Assembly: GCA_026770705.1 (NCBI GenBank)
Contig: JANJGN010000557.1
Span: 62,001-126,000 of the forward strand
Direction of reading: 5' to 3'
Source of the DNA: Isurus oxyrinchus
Taxonomy: Eukaryota
Length of the DNA: 64,000 bases
Shown: positions 23,501 through 37,300 of the stretch, one piece after another
Numbering within the stretch: position 1 is the stretch's first letter
How the letters are laid out: every line of letters starts with the position of its first letter
Position numbers and translations under genes: made by a program
Notes under the pieces: model-generated
What the model saw: only the letters and a program-made list of their open reading frames with translations
Told to the model about the DNA's origin: nothing
Databases searched by the model: none

Positions 23501-26500
23501 TTCTCCGCCGATGCTGCCAGACCTGCTGAGTTTTTCCAGGTAATTCTGTTTTTGTTTTGGATTTCCAGCATCCGCAGTTTTTTTGTTTTTATCAACTAAC
23601 AAGTGTATATGAAGGAGTGCAATTCGAGTTTACTCAACCAGTGAACTCATAGACTCAAGATATAAAACCAACAAACAGTCAGGGAGAGATGGACAATCCA
23701 ACATTTGATCACATTTCAGAGATGTGTAAGAATAATAAAGCAGTAATACTCAGGGATTTTAACTACCCAAATATTAACTGGGACAGCTTTAGTGAGCAAG
23801 GTAGGGAGGGAGAAAAATTCTGAAGTTGCATCCAGGAGAAGATTTTTAGCCTGTGCATAGAAAGCTCAACAAGGGAGGGGACAGTTCTGGACCTAATATA
23901 TGGAAAAGCGCCGGGGAAGTTGGAAAGCGTATCAGTAGGGGAGATGGTGACTGTAACTCAATTGGATTTAGGACAGTTATGGAGAAGGATAAGTTTGTGC
24001 TGGGAATAAAAATTCTAAACTGGGGAAAGGCTAATTTTACTAAGATGAGATATGATTGGGCCCAAGTGGACTGGGAGAAGCTCTTTGCAGATAAAACTGT
24101 GTCAGAGCAGTGGGAGGCATTCAAGGAGGGAATAGCCAGAGTACAGAGCAGATATCTTCCTGTAAAGACAAAGAGGGAGACCAAGTCTGGAGAACCCTGG
24201 AAGACAAGGAACATAAAGGTTAGGACTGAGAAAAAAGAGAAGCTTATGGCAGATACTGAGGGCTCAATACAGCAGAGTCCCTAGAGGAGTATAAATAGTG
24301 CAGATGGGAACTGAAAAAGGACATTAGGAAAGATAAGAGAGTGCATGAGAAAACACTGGTGGGTAGAATAAAGCAAAACCCAGAGGGGTTTTTTAAATAT
24401 GTAAAGAGCAGCAGAATAACTCGGGAAAGAGTGGGGTTGATTAGGGACCATCGAGGTAATGTGTGTGGACCTGGAAGACGTGGGTACAGTCCTCAATGAA
24501 TACTTTGCATCTGTCTTCACAATGGAAAAGGATGATGCAGGTATAACATCAGGGTGGAGGGCAGTGAAATATGAGATGAAATTAACACAGAGAGAGGAGG
24601 TACTAGTGGGTTTAGCGGCCTGAAAAGTGGATAAATCCACAAGCCTGGATGAGATGAATCCAAAGATGTTGAGGGAGGAAAGGGAAGAGATATCAGGGGC
24701 CCTGGCAGTAATTTTCAAATCCTCTCTGGCCACAGGTGAGGTGCCAGAGGACTGGAGGATGGCTAATGTTGTCCCATTATTAAAAAAGGGAGGAAGGGAT
24801 AGATCAGGAAATTACAGGCCAGTCAGTCTAACCTCGGTGGTGGGGAAGTTACTAGTAAGAATTCTGAAGGACAGAATGAATCTGCACAGGGAGAGACAAG
24901 GATTAATCTGGGATATTCAGCATGGATTTGTTAAGGGAAGGTCATGTTTGACAAACCTGATCAAATCTTTTGAGGAGGTAACCAGGAGTGTTGATGAGAG
25001 TAATGCCTTTGATGTGGTTGACATGGGCTTAGGAAGGTTTTTGATAAGGTGCCTCTTGGCAGAGAGGCCAAGAAAGTAAGAGCCCATGGGATCCAAGGCA
25101 AAGTGGCACGTTGGATCCAATATTGGCTGAGGCAGGAAGCAGAGGGTGATGGTGGAGGGATGTTTCTGTGACTGGATGTCTGTTTCCAGTGGGGTTCCAC
25201 AGGGCTCAGTGCTGGGGCACTTGCTGTTTGTGGTGTATGTAAATGAATTGGACTTAAATATAGGGGGAATGATCACGACGCAAATGGAATTCAACCTGGA
25301 AAAGTGTGAGGTGATGCACTTGGGGAGGGAGTTGCTGACCAGCATGGACATTGTGGACTAAATGGCCTCCTTCTGTCCTGTAAGTGTCTATGAGTCTATG
25401 AGTCCATGATGCACTGTCGGAGAGTCAGTATTAAGGATGTACTGCCTGTCAGGAGTCACTTTTTACCAGTTAAAGACCAATGGTTTGTTGGTCAACAAAG
25501 TGCAGTATGTGGGAGCTTGCTGTGCACATTTGATACTATTCCAGCTAATGTAGAATGAAGGATGTCCATACTTACATAGCACAGTCATTACGAGGGTCCG
25601 CTTCGATGAAACAGATGGATATCTCACTCTGCAGCTGAGAGTGTGTCCGTGGTGTTTGAGTGATGGGATCAGGGTCAGAACAGAAGTATAGGTCAGAGTG
25701 ACACCATGCTGAGTTACAGTGTTTGAGACTGATCCAGGTACGTCAGTGGGAGTGTCCCAGGTTAAGACAGGTGCTGCTGTTCCATTGCACGTTGTGTTGA
25801 AGGTGCAGCTTACATCCACACGCTCTCCTGCAATAATTTCAGCAGGGAATATCGTGGGTTTATCTGTGAAATCTAACAGACAGAGAATGGATCCTTTTAG
25901 AGAAATATAACGTGAAGCATCAGTTCAAATAGAAATCACAGTCCCACACGAGAAAGCATTTTACAAGGATGATATCAGAACTGAGAGGTTACAATGATCA
26001 TTTTAGAATTGTCTATTTTTACACTTGTTGAATCTCTGTCACTCAGATTAATACACTCTCACTCAGTGACCCTTGATTTGACCAGACTGGGTGAGGGTGG
26101 AGGAACAGCTCACAGCTTGGGGAGAACAGACTCAGCATTTGGAAAAGGATATCGAGACACTGGAGAGGGTGGTAAAAAGCTTCACAAGGATGATCTCCGC
26201 AATGTGAGGCTTTACCTATCAGGAGAGGATGAACAGGCTGGGTCTCTGTTCTCTTGAACAGAGAAGGTTGAAGGGTGACCTCATTTGATCTTTGAAGTAG
26301 TGAAAGGTTTTGATCGAGTAGACATGGAGAGAGTGTTTCCACTCCTCACAATGAACAAAACCAGAGGCTGACAATATAACATCCTCACTAATAAATCCAA
26401 TGGGGAATTCAGGAGAAACTTCTTTAACCAGAGAGTGGGGAGAATGTGTGCTTCAAGAATCACTTCATTGACTGTGAATTGATTTAGGATCGTCCTGAGG

Positions 26501-28514
26501 TGGTGAAAGGCGCTATGGAAATGCGAGACTTGCTTTTGTATTTTGAAAGCAGGTTTCCAAGGATGAGATGGGAACTGAGAGGTAACAACAATCAGCAGCA
26601 ACTTTCCTATTTTCAAACTTGGTGGGGAATGTGTCACTGAGCTGAATACACTTTCACTCCCAGACCCTTGAATTGCCAACACTGGGGTGTGGGTGATTGA
26701 GCAGCCCACAGCTCATGGAACCCTGGCTCATCATTCTCTCAGAGATCTGGGTCACTGATCCCATTGCCCTCTGTGGGAGCTTCCTGTGCACAAACTCACT
26801 GCCACGTTAGACAGTGACTATACTTCAAGAATTTCTTCATTGTCTGTGAAATGATTTGAAGTTTGCTGAGGTGGTGTAAGGCGCTATAGGAATGCACATC
26901 CTTCTTTTGTCAAATTGTTAGACATTTCAAAAGCATTAGGGAGACTAATGGGAGTGGATAACCTGATAACATTGATGGACACAGTCAATATATTTAATCA
27001 TTGATATTAAAGTGAGTAATAGAGGTTGCTTTAGGACTGAATTGGAAGTTATCACCCGGTTATTGAGAATCAGACAGTCTGTTATAATAAACTGTATTTT
27101 GTGTTAATATGCAAACGTCACAGTTTGTGTTATTTCCCATTGAGTGTTGTATGTGAATTGTTGAGTAATTATAACACAGCACTTACCAGAAACGTGAAGC
27201 CGGGTTACAGGGTAATAGTTATGGCTCGGACCATTGTCAAATTCTATTCTGAAAAAATAAGGTCCCGCATCTTCCCATCTGATGCTGTTTATAATCAGGG
27301 AACAGTCGCCATCTTTCAGGTCTCCAGACAGCCGGGTCCGATGGCGGAACCGTGGTAACTCGTGACTGTGATCCTTGGAGTGAAAGGCAATGGGAGCCCG
27401 CAATTTGTATTTCTTAATATTTAACCAGATTCCGACTTGTCGTTTGTTTTCAAAATATGCTGGATAACTGTAATGACATGGAATCTGTACACACGAACCT
27501 TCCTGCGCTGTCACCTCTCGTGGAGTGTCACCTTTCCACTCTTGTAACAGTCCAACTGGGGAGAGAAATATCAATATTTAACCCTGGATCCTCATTGTTT
27601 AAGGAATCTCTGGATCTTCATTGTTTAATGAATCTCTTTGGATCCTCATTGTCTAAGGGATTATTTCTGATCCAAACCCCATATTGTTGTATTGTTGATT
27701 CCGATGCAGCATTGTAGACTGACTTGTCCCCAAGCTCAGCACTGACCCTACTCCAGCAGACACTGTGAAACACACTAACAAAGCGCCTCTAGCCTGAGCT
27801 CTGCATGTGTCGAGAGAAAGACAAATATACAAACTGAATATTGACCCCTTTACACACAGACAGCTTTACCTTCCTTCTCTCTTTCAGTTATCTTGCTCCC
27901 TTATTGAAGTTTCTAGCAAGGTGAGAATGGACAGGAAGTGTGACACTGAACAGCCTGTCTATTCTAGGAGCTGCTGTGTTGTCTTCATGGGAAATTCTGA
28001 CTAAAATCAGCAAAAGACACTAATTTCAGGCCATTGCTGTCAGAGTCCTAGCCACAAGATAGACTTCATCCCCTGAATTTTGTGTCCAATTTTATACTCA
28101 AACTTTCACCTCCGCACACACCCACCCCGACCCCACAAGTCACTCGCTGACCTACACTGGCTCCCAGTCCAACAACACCTCGATGTGATTATTTTCACAC
28201 TTGATTTCCAATCCCTCCATCCCTCCGCTCCACTCCCTGTCTCTGTAACCTCCTCCAAACCTACAACCCTCTGTGATCTCTGCACTCCTCCAATTCTGCT
28301 GTCAGACAGGGAGTCAGTGTATATCAGTGAGCACAGGGGTGATGGGTGAATGGGACTTGGTGTGAGTTTGTACACTGGCTCACTGCTGAATCAGTTGCCA
28401 ATCACAGCTCAATAAGAATGATCTTTTACGAAGACTATTAACCATCAATTTGCCCGAGCTGACGATGATATTACCTTGGAGAAGTGACAGGAGGCAGTAA
28501 TATTTCCCGATCAT
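20521..28514 (-). CDS. Siglec-like receptor copy A: leader-V-C2-C2-TM(Arg)-short tail, 375 aa, activating type
   Basis: Exons 28514-28475 (MIGKYYCLLSLLQ), 27555-27187 (V-set, SCVQIPC..DCSL..YFFRIE), 25872-25576 (C2), 22646-22365 (C2), 20660-20521 (YSGGEILHMILILGIRAVIFLVAVVITIAGVCVWERQTVKGSRQTV*). All introns are GT-AG, phase 1, and the frame is intact. Confidence 0.9.
23120..25390 (+). mobile_element. Degenerate CR1 LINE ORF2 (EN/RT) in intron of copy A, with nested TG..CA element and SINE
   Basis: VPEDWRMANVVPLLKKGGRDRSGNYRPVSLTSVVGK; QHGFVKGRSCLTNL; SGVPQGSVLG. Nested insert ~23158-23673. Confidence 0.9.
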
Positions 28515-29091
28515 TGTCCACTCCCAGATATTTCAACAGCTTCTCACTCTCAAACTCTGAAAGAGAAAGGAGTTAATGAGACCTCACCTCTTGTCCGACA
28601 GCTCTCGAGAGATCAGAACTGTTTTTGGACAATGTCTTCACAGACTAATTTGATTCTCTGTGGGATGATAGGTGTTCTGCAGAGAGTTACAAGGCTTTAA
28701 GAAAGAAAAACAATGAAGGACTTGCATTTCTATATCGCCTTTCACCTGCTCAGGACACCCCAAAGCTCATGTCCCTGCTCTTCCCTCATCCCTTGAGCTA
28801 GAAAGATGTTCTGTACAACAGACTTGAGCCTCACACCCAGATCTCAATAATCAGTAGAAATCTTTCAAAGGCATCAATCATTGGAATCTGTCTTTATAAA
28901 GTCACAACATCAACAAAGGACGGTGTTGGTCGTGGAAGTGAATTCCAATCGTTCCGTTACTTACCCAGGACCTGTCCGAATGCTCGCCTGGGGAGCAACT
29001 GCCCACACGCTCTGCTTGGGCTGAATGACCTCTTCCTGTGCTGCCCCCTCTGTGTATTTAGTGAGAAAGGGTTGATGTGTCTCTGTGAGAC

Positions 29092-29104
29092 AAAATGGGG
29101 AAGT
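29092..29104. promoter_or_regulatory. PU.1/ETS-type site upstream of putative non-coding first exon (conserved in all copies)
   Basis: AAAATG(A/G)GGAAGT at 29092, 39823, 47228 and 62590, about 130 bp upstream of a conserved G|GTAAGT donor (28965 in A). Confidence 0.5.
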
Positions 29105-29299
29105 AGTAAAGGAGTGAATAAACAGGCATTAGGAATGAGTGCGTAATTTCACAATGCGTTACAACAGAATCAAACTGTTGGCAATTCATCATGACTCTGT
29201 GATCTTTCTGTTTGCTGTTTGTTAACTTCAAATTTCTACCATGGCTCTGAGGGTTTATATTTAAAAATGCTGTTGGAGGAAAAATACTAAGCATGTTCT

Positions 29300-29900
29300 G
29301 CACTGTCGGAGGGTCAGTATTGTTGGAGTGCTACCCTGTCAGAGGGTCAGTACTGAGGGAGTGCTGCACTGTTGGCGCGTCAGTATTGAGGTGTGCTGCA
29401 CTGATGGAGGATAAGCAGCGAGGGAGTGCTGCTCTGTTTGAGGGACAGCAGTGAGGGAGTTCTGCACTGTCAGAGTGTTGGCACTGAGGGAGTGCTGCAC
29501 TGTCGGCCGGTCAGAACTGAGGCAGTGCTGCACTGTTGGAGGGTCTAAACTGAGAGAGTGCTGCACCCGTTGGAGGGTCTGAACTGAGGGAGTGCTGCAC
29601 TGCTGGAGGGTCTAAACTGAGGGAGTGCTGCAGTGTCGGAGGGTCTGAACTGAGGGAGTGCTGCACTGCTGGAGGGTCTAAACTGATGGAGTGCTGCACT
29701 GCTGGAGGGTCTAAACTGACGGAGTGCTGCACTGTCGGAGGGTCTGAACTGAGGGAGTGCTGCACTGCTGGAGGGTCTGAACTGAGGGAGTGCTGCACTG
29801 TTGGAGGGTCTGAACTGAGGGAGTGCTGCACTGTTGGAGGGTCTAAACTGAGGGAGTGCTGCACTGTCGGAGGGTCTGAACAGAGGGAGTGCTGCACTGT
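29300..29900. repeat. 33-bp array at junction of units A and B
   Basis: About 18 units. Confidence 0.9.
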
Positions 29901-31326
29901 CTAAAATACATTGCACAAATTGCACAAAATTGCATCTGATATCAGTGTCTGATGCTCACATGAAGTTCATGCATTTATCAGGAATATTTCTCTCTCTTTC
30001 TGAGCAGCAAGACAGCTTTGATATCACACCACCCACTGGCAATTGTGTGCAGCTGCAGTGTGACGTGTTTACATTGAAAATTTCCATTATAAAGATGGGC
30101 ACAGGAATTCATCTGACTGGAAAAAGTGACAACATGAAGTAATGTCTTTGAGCCAAGAATCTGGCAGCAAAATAAGAATTTTAATCCATAAGTATCTACA
30201 GAACAGGCTGAGCATTTTAATCACTTGTGTTAATCAATGTAATTTTATTCATAACCCAAATGCTTCTTACAATCTATCGCAGCATGAAAAAGGTGCAGCA
30301 TTCAGAAAGCACATTCCAATCAGAGAACAGAGTTTAGCAACATCACATTTCTGTTCATTCCTATTCGACCATGTTGGCTGCACACAGCCAGACAATGCCG
30401 TGGTTATGATGTGTCCACACAGCAGGACTGGGGAGCACCAGGTATAAGGAAAAGTTTCAGCTTGCTGAGGAGAAGAAGGAGAATCTCTCGTTGCAGGTTT
30501 CTCTCCGTACATTAAGAAGCAGGCATGTCGATGTTTCATTGCACTCAGTCTGCTGATGGGAGTCCGCTTGGAAATTGCTGTTTGTGCTGATGGAAAGAAT
30601 AAGCTTTTCATAAATCGAGGGATTGAATACAAACACAGGGAGGTTATGCTGAACATTTATAAAGCTCTGGTTAGGTCACAACTAGAGTATTGTGTCCAGT
30701 TCTGGTCTCCCCACTTTGGGAAGGAAGTGAGGGTCCTTGAGAGGGTGGGGAGGAGATTGAGCAGAATGGGTCCAGGGATGAGGGATTTTAGCTACAAGGT
30801 TGGGTTGGAGAAGCTGGGGTTGTTCTCCTTGGAGCAAAGGAGATTGAGGGGGGATCTGATCGAGGTGTACAAGATGATGATGGGTTTAGATAATGTAGAC
30901 AAAGACAAGCTGTTGCCATTAGCTGATGGGACAAGGACTGGGGGACACAGATTGAAGGTTTTGGGCAGAGGGGGGATGTGAGGACGAACTTTTATACACA
31001 GCGAGTGGTAATGAGCTGGAATTCGCTGCCTACGAGGATGGTGGAAGTGGAGACGATGAACGATTTCAAAAGGAAATTGGATGGACACTTGAGGGGAAAT
31101 AAACTCACAGGGATACAGGGATAGAGCGGGGGAATGGGACTGACTGGATTGCTCTACAGAGAGACAGCATGGACTCAATGGGCTGAATGGGCTCCCACTG
31201 TGCTGGAATGCCTCTCTGATACGAAGGTGATTCTAACCAGGACAATGACCAGTTTCTTTACTATTTAACCCAACATCACACGTTATTTGTCCGCACTGAC
31301 TGACCAGATTGTTGCTGTACAAAGCT

Positions 31327-34300
31327 TCAAACAGTCTGTCGACTTCCTTTCACTGTTTGTCTCTCCCAGACACAGACTCCAGCGATAGTGATAACCACAG
31401 CCACAAGGAATATCACAGCTCGTATTCCCAGGATCAGGATCACGTGCAGAATCTCTCCTCCACTGTCTAGAGAACACACAGAAAGAAATCATCACTGACT
31501 CTCCGCTTTCAATCTCTCACTCTGGCTGAACAATCAAGCTTCATATCACTGCAACATTTGCTGTAATATTGACCCATCCACTGGGATTCAATGTGGAATG
31601 AATGTTTTCATTGTAAACACTCTTAAGAGTGGACAATCGGAACTTTCCCCTTAGCGTGGAACATTGGTGAGAATGGATCATTGTGCTGTTGGACTCCCTG
31701 TCCAATGTTTCTCTCCATCGCTGTGTACAGGATTGTGCTGTAGAAAATTCTGGAAACGTTTAGTGCAGGGTGGAAATCCATCTCGGACGCGTGTGCGAAT
31801 CGGGCAGGATCGAGATGGACTCCCCCATGGACTTACACACCCCACTTAATAAACAGTTCCAATCTTTACCCAGAGAGAGGGGAGAATGTGGAACTCGCTC
31901 CCACAGGGAGTGGTTGAGGTGAACAGGATCGATGTATTTAAGGGGCAGGAGGGTCAGTAACCAGAGGGACACAGATTGACGAACCGGAGGGGGAGATGAG
32001 GAGAATTTGTTTTGACAGAGCGAGTTGTTGTGATCTGGAAGGTGCTGCCTGAAAGGGCAGTGGAAGCAGATTCAACAGGAACTTTCAAAAGGGAAATTGG
32101 ATAAACACTTGAAGGAAGAAGATGGGGGCAAAGTGGAGTGGTGGTTAGTGGATCTGATTGGATAGAACATTGAAAAACCTGGCACAGGCACAATGGGCTG
32201 AATGGCCTCCTCCTGTGCTGTACCATTCTCCGCTTCCATGATCTCTCCCCCAGTTAGTAACCACTCCAGATCCCTCTTGAAGGCAACAGAGAGACAGCAA
32301 CCACCACACCCACTGACAGCACATTCCCGAGTATCCCTACTCTCTGGGAAAAGATGAACTCCCCAACATCCAGCCTATTCCTGCTTCCTGGAGAGTGTAA
32401 ACCCTTCCCAGAGCGCGGATGAACCTTTCAATAAACTGTATTATCAAATCTACCGTTTGATATATGTTAATTTCGATGAACTTACACCATATGTAGCAAA
32501 TTGTGAAGTGAAGTTGGCTGAAAAGCTGGGAGGTGCAAGCTTAAGCACCACAGTGCCACCACTGATGGGAGGATGTAAAGACAGTGTGACGTTTATATAT
32601 GTTGCCCCCATTATAAACAGGGTCATTGGACATGATGGCAAAACTGAACACTGGAAAGGTGAGAAAAAGAAGTAAGCTCTTCACTAACAGGAAATCCCTT
32701 CCTAAACTTCCGTATCTCTCCCTTTCTCTCAGATACACAAAAAATTTGACACAGGGCATTATAAGGAGGAGTTAGGACAGGCAAGAGTTACGGATTAGGA
32801 AGCTTCTTAAAGGAGGAGAGAGATACACGGAGAGGTGGGGAGTATCAGTTGGAATCTTTGTGCATGTGAGTTTCTGGAATAGACTTTGTAATTTGGATAT
32901 TCTTCGATAAATATGAATGGGAACACATATCCCAGAATCCAGGAGAACTCTCCAGTGCAGTACTGAGGGAGGTCAGGTAACTCACAGGGAAGTGTGTACT
33001 ACTGTGTTTGTGTGTGTGTGTCTTTCTGTGTGCTCATGAGTGTGGGATTGTGTGTGTGCATGCACTTTGGGTCTGTACATTTGTGAGTGCTTGTGTGTGT
33101 GTGCGTGGGAGAGCATCTGAGTATATGTGTTTGGAGATGAGAGAAATTTTAAAGTCTGTGTACGCTCACATTCCACAGTAATGGTTAGGAACCCCTCCAC
33201 TGCTCCATGTTCATTCTCTGCCACACACTGATAGTCTCCAGTATCCCTGGATGTAACGTGAGGAATCACCAACCATAGCTCATTGTTGGAACTTGTTCTG
33301 TTCATTGGGACATTAAGATGTCGCCACATCAGGTTAGAAGCTGGGGAGCTCTCGACAGAGCAGATTATCACTGCAGAATTCCCCTCAATTATATTGATCG
33401 ATGAAGCGTTAATCATATCTGGAGAAGTAATTGAGAGATTCCGTGGTGCGTCTAAAAACAAATACAGATCAGTTAACTTACACTGACTGTGAAGCACTTT
33501 GAAAGACACTGAGAATGTGAAAGGTGTGATGTCAATGTAGGTTCTTTCACCACAAAGCCCATAATCCTGGCAGACACTTCAGTTCAGTATTGAGGGCGTG
33601 CTGCACTGTCAGAGGGTCAGTACTGAGGGAGTGCTGCACTGCCAGAGGTTCAGTGCTGAGGGAGTGCTGCACTGTCAGAGGGTCAGTCCTGAGGGAGTGC
33701 TGCACTGTAGGAGGGACAGTACTGTGGGAGTGCTGCACTGTAGGAGGGTTACTGCTGAGGTAAAACTGCACAGTCAGAGCGTCAGTTCTGATTGACCAGT
33801 GCAATGTTGGAGGAGCACTACTGAGGGATCATTATACTATTAGAGAGACAGTAATGAGGGAGTGCTGCACTGTAGAAGGGTCAGTGCTGAGGAGGCAAAC
33901 ACGCTGTTATGTGTGTACTATAGGCCTCCTGTGATAATGTGGAGTGCCAGGTACCTTTAAGAGAATACAAGTGGATAAACCATGTGACAGTACTGACCAA
34001 TCACTGGACAGTGTGGGCCACTGGTTAACTGTAAGTCTAGAGCTGGAGGTGGCTGTGGGAGCAGGCAAGGATTTAGTGCTCTGCCCTCTGTTACAATAAA
34101 TAATCAGCTTGTTCTAATGTCGGTCTCTCTTGGTTATTGATAGCGAGCATCAGCTAAGAATAACTCAACAGGTCTGGCAGCATCGGGGGAGAAGAAAAGA
34201 GTTGATGTTTCGAGTCCTCATGACCCTTTGACAGAACTGAGGTCATGAGGACTCGAAACGTCAACACTTTTCTTCTCCGCCGATGCTGCCAGACCTGCTG

Positions 34301-37300
34301 AGTTTTTCCAGGTAATTCTGTTTTTATTTTGGATTTCCAGCATCCGCAGTTTTTTTGTTTTTATCAACTAACAAGTGTATGTGAAGCAGTGCAATTCGAA
34401 TTTAATCAACCAGTGAACTCATAGACTCAAGATATAAAACCAACAAACAGTCAGGGAGAGATGGACAATCCAACATGTGATCACATTTCAGAGATGTGTA
34501 AGAATAACAAAGCAGTAATACTCAGGGATTTTAACTACCCAAATATTAACTGGGACAGCTTTAGTGAGCAAGGTAGGGAGGGAGAAAAATTCTGAAGTTG
34601 CATCCAGGAGAAGATTTTTAGCCTGTGCATAGAAAGCTCAACAAGGGAGGGGACAGTTCTGGACCTAATATATGGAAAAGCGTCGGGGAAGTTGGAAAGC
34701 GTATCAGTAGGGGAGATAGTGACTGGAACTCAATTGGATTTAGGACAGTTATGGAGAAGGATAAGTTTGTGCTGGGAATAAAAATTCTAAACTGGGGAAA
34801 GGCTAATTTTACTAAGATGAGATATGATTGGGCCCAAGTGGACTGGGAGAAGCTCTTTGCAGATAAAACTGTGTCAGAGCAGTGGGAGGCATTCAAGGAG
34901 GGAATAGCGAGAGTACAGAGCAGATATCTTCCTGTAAAGACAAAGAGGGAGACCAAGTCTGGAGAACCCTGGAAGACAAGGAACATAAAGGTTAGGATTG
35001 AGAAAAAAGAGAAGCTTATGGCAGATACTGAGGGCTCAATACAGCAGAGTCCCTAGAGGAGTATAAATAGTGCAGAGGGGAACTGAAAAAGGACATTAGG
35101 AAAGATAAGCGAGTGCATGAGAAAGCACTGGTGGGTAGAATAAAGCAAAACCCAGAGGGGTTTTTTAAATATGTAAAGAACAGGAGAATAACTCGGTAAA
35201 GAGTGGGGCCGATTAGGGACTATCGAGGTAATGTGTGTGTGGACCTGGAAGACGTGGGTACAGTCCTCAATGAATACTTTGCATCAGTCTTCACAATGGA
35301 AAAGGATGATGCAGGTATAACATCAGGGTGGAGGGCAGTGAAATATGAGAGGAAATTAACGCGGAGAAAGGAGGTACTAGTGGGTTTAGTGGCCTGAAAA
35401 GTGGATAAATCCATAAGCCTGGATGAGATGAATCCAAAGCTGTTGAGGGAGGCAAGGGAAGAGATATCAGGGGCCCTGGCAGTAATTTTCAAATCCTCTC
35501 TGGCCACAGGTGAGGTGCCAGAGGACTGGAGGATGGCTAATGTTGTCCCATTATTAAAAAAGGGAGGAAGGGATAGATCAGGAAATTACAGGCCAGTCAG
35601 TCTAACCTCGGTGGTGGGGAAGTTACTAGTAAGAATTCTGAAGGACAGAATGAATCTGCACTGGGAGAGACAAGGATTAATCTGGGATATTCAGCATGGA
35701 TTTGTTAAGGGAAGGTCATGTTTGACAAACCTGATCAAATCTTTTGAGGAGGTAACCAGGAGTGTTGATGAGAGTAATGCCTTTGTTGTGGTCGACATGG
35801 GCTGAGGAAGGCTTTTGATAAGGTGCCTCTTGGCAGAGAGGCCAAGAAAGTAAGAGCCCATGGGATCCAAGGCAAAGTGGCACGTTGGATCCAATATTGG
35901 CTGAGGCAGGAAGCAGAGGGTGATGGTGGAGGGATGTTTCTGTGACTGGATGTCTGTTTCCAGTGGGGTTCCACAGGGCTCAGTGCTGGGGCACTTGCTG
36001 TTTGTGGTGTATATAAATGAATTGGACTTAAATATAGGGGGAATGATCACGACGCAAATGGAATTCAACCTGGAAAAGTGTGAGGTGATGCACTTGGGGA
36101 GGGAGTTGCTGACCAGCATGGATATTGTGGGCTAAATGGCCTCCTTCTGTCCTGTAAGTGTCTATGAGTCTATGAGTCCATGATGCACTGTCGGAGAGTC
36201 AGTATTAAGGATGTACTGCCTGTCAGGAGTCACCTTTTACCAGTTAAAGACCAATGGTTTGTTGGTCAACAAAATGCAGTATGTGGGAGCTTGCTGTGCA
36301 CATTTTATACTATTCCAGCTAACGTAGAATGAAGGATGTCCATACTTACATTGCACCGTTAGTACGAGGGTCCGCTCCGATGAAACAGATGGATATCTCA
36401 CTCTGCAGCTGAGAGTGTGTCCGTGGTGTTTGAGTGATGGGATCAGGGTCAGAACAGAAGTATAGGTCAGAGTGACACCATGCTGAGTTACAGTGTTTGA
36501 CACTGATCCAGGTACGTCAGTGGGAGTGTCCCAGGTTAAGACAGGTGCTGCTGTTCCATTGCACGTTGTGTTGAAGGTGCAGCTTACATCCACAGGCTTT
36601 CCTGCAATAATTTCAGCAGGGAATATCGTGGGTTTATCTGTGAAATCTAACACACAGAGAATGGATCCTTTTAGAGAAATATAACGTGAAGCATCAGTTC
36701 AAATAGAAACCACAGTCCCACAAGAGAAAGCACTTTTACAAGGATGATATCAGAACTGAGAGGTTACAATGATCATTAAAGAATTGTCTATTTTTACACT
36801 TGTTGAATCTCTGTCACTCAGATTAATACACTCTCCCTCAGTGACCCTTGATTTGACCAGACTGGGTGAGGGTGGAGGAACAGCTCACAGCTCGGGGAGA
36901 ACAGACTCAGCATTTGGAAAAGGATATAGAGACACTGGAGAGGGTGGTAAAAAGCTTCACAAGGATGATCTCAGCAATGTGAGGCTTTACCTATCAGGAG
37001 AGGATGAACAGGCTGGGTCTCTGTTCCCGTGAACAGAGAAGGTTGAGGGGTGACATCATTTGACCTTTGAAGTAATGAAAGGTTTTGATCGAGTAGACAT
37101 GGAGAGAGTGTTTCCACTCATCACAATGAACAAAACCAGAGGCTGACAATATAAGATCCTCACTAATAAATCCAATGGGGAATTCAGGAGAAACTTCTTT
37201 ACCCAGAGAGTGGGGAGAATGTGTACTTCAAGAATCACTTCATTGGCTGTGAATTGATTTAGGATCGTCCTGAGGTGGTGAAAGGCGCTATGGAAATGCG

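Noticed and set aside
27187-27555. V exons as rearranging Ig/TCR/IgNAR V segments
   Set aside because: No F-strand YYC cysteine, the G strand is encoded in the exon, a splice donor follows directly, and no RSS is seen. The Cys pattern is Siglec-type.
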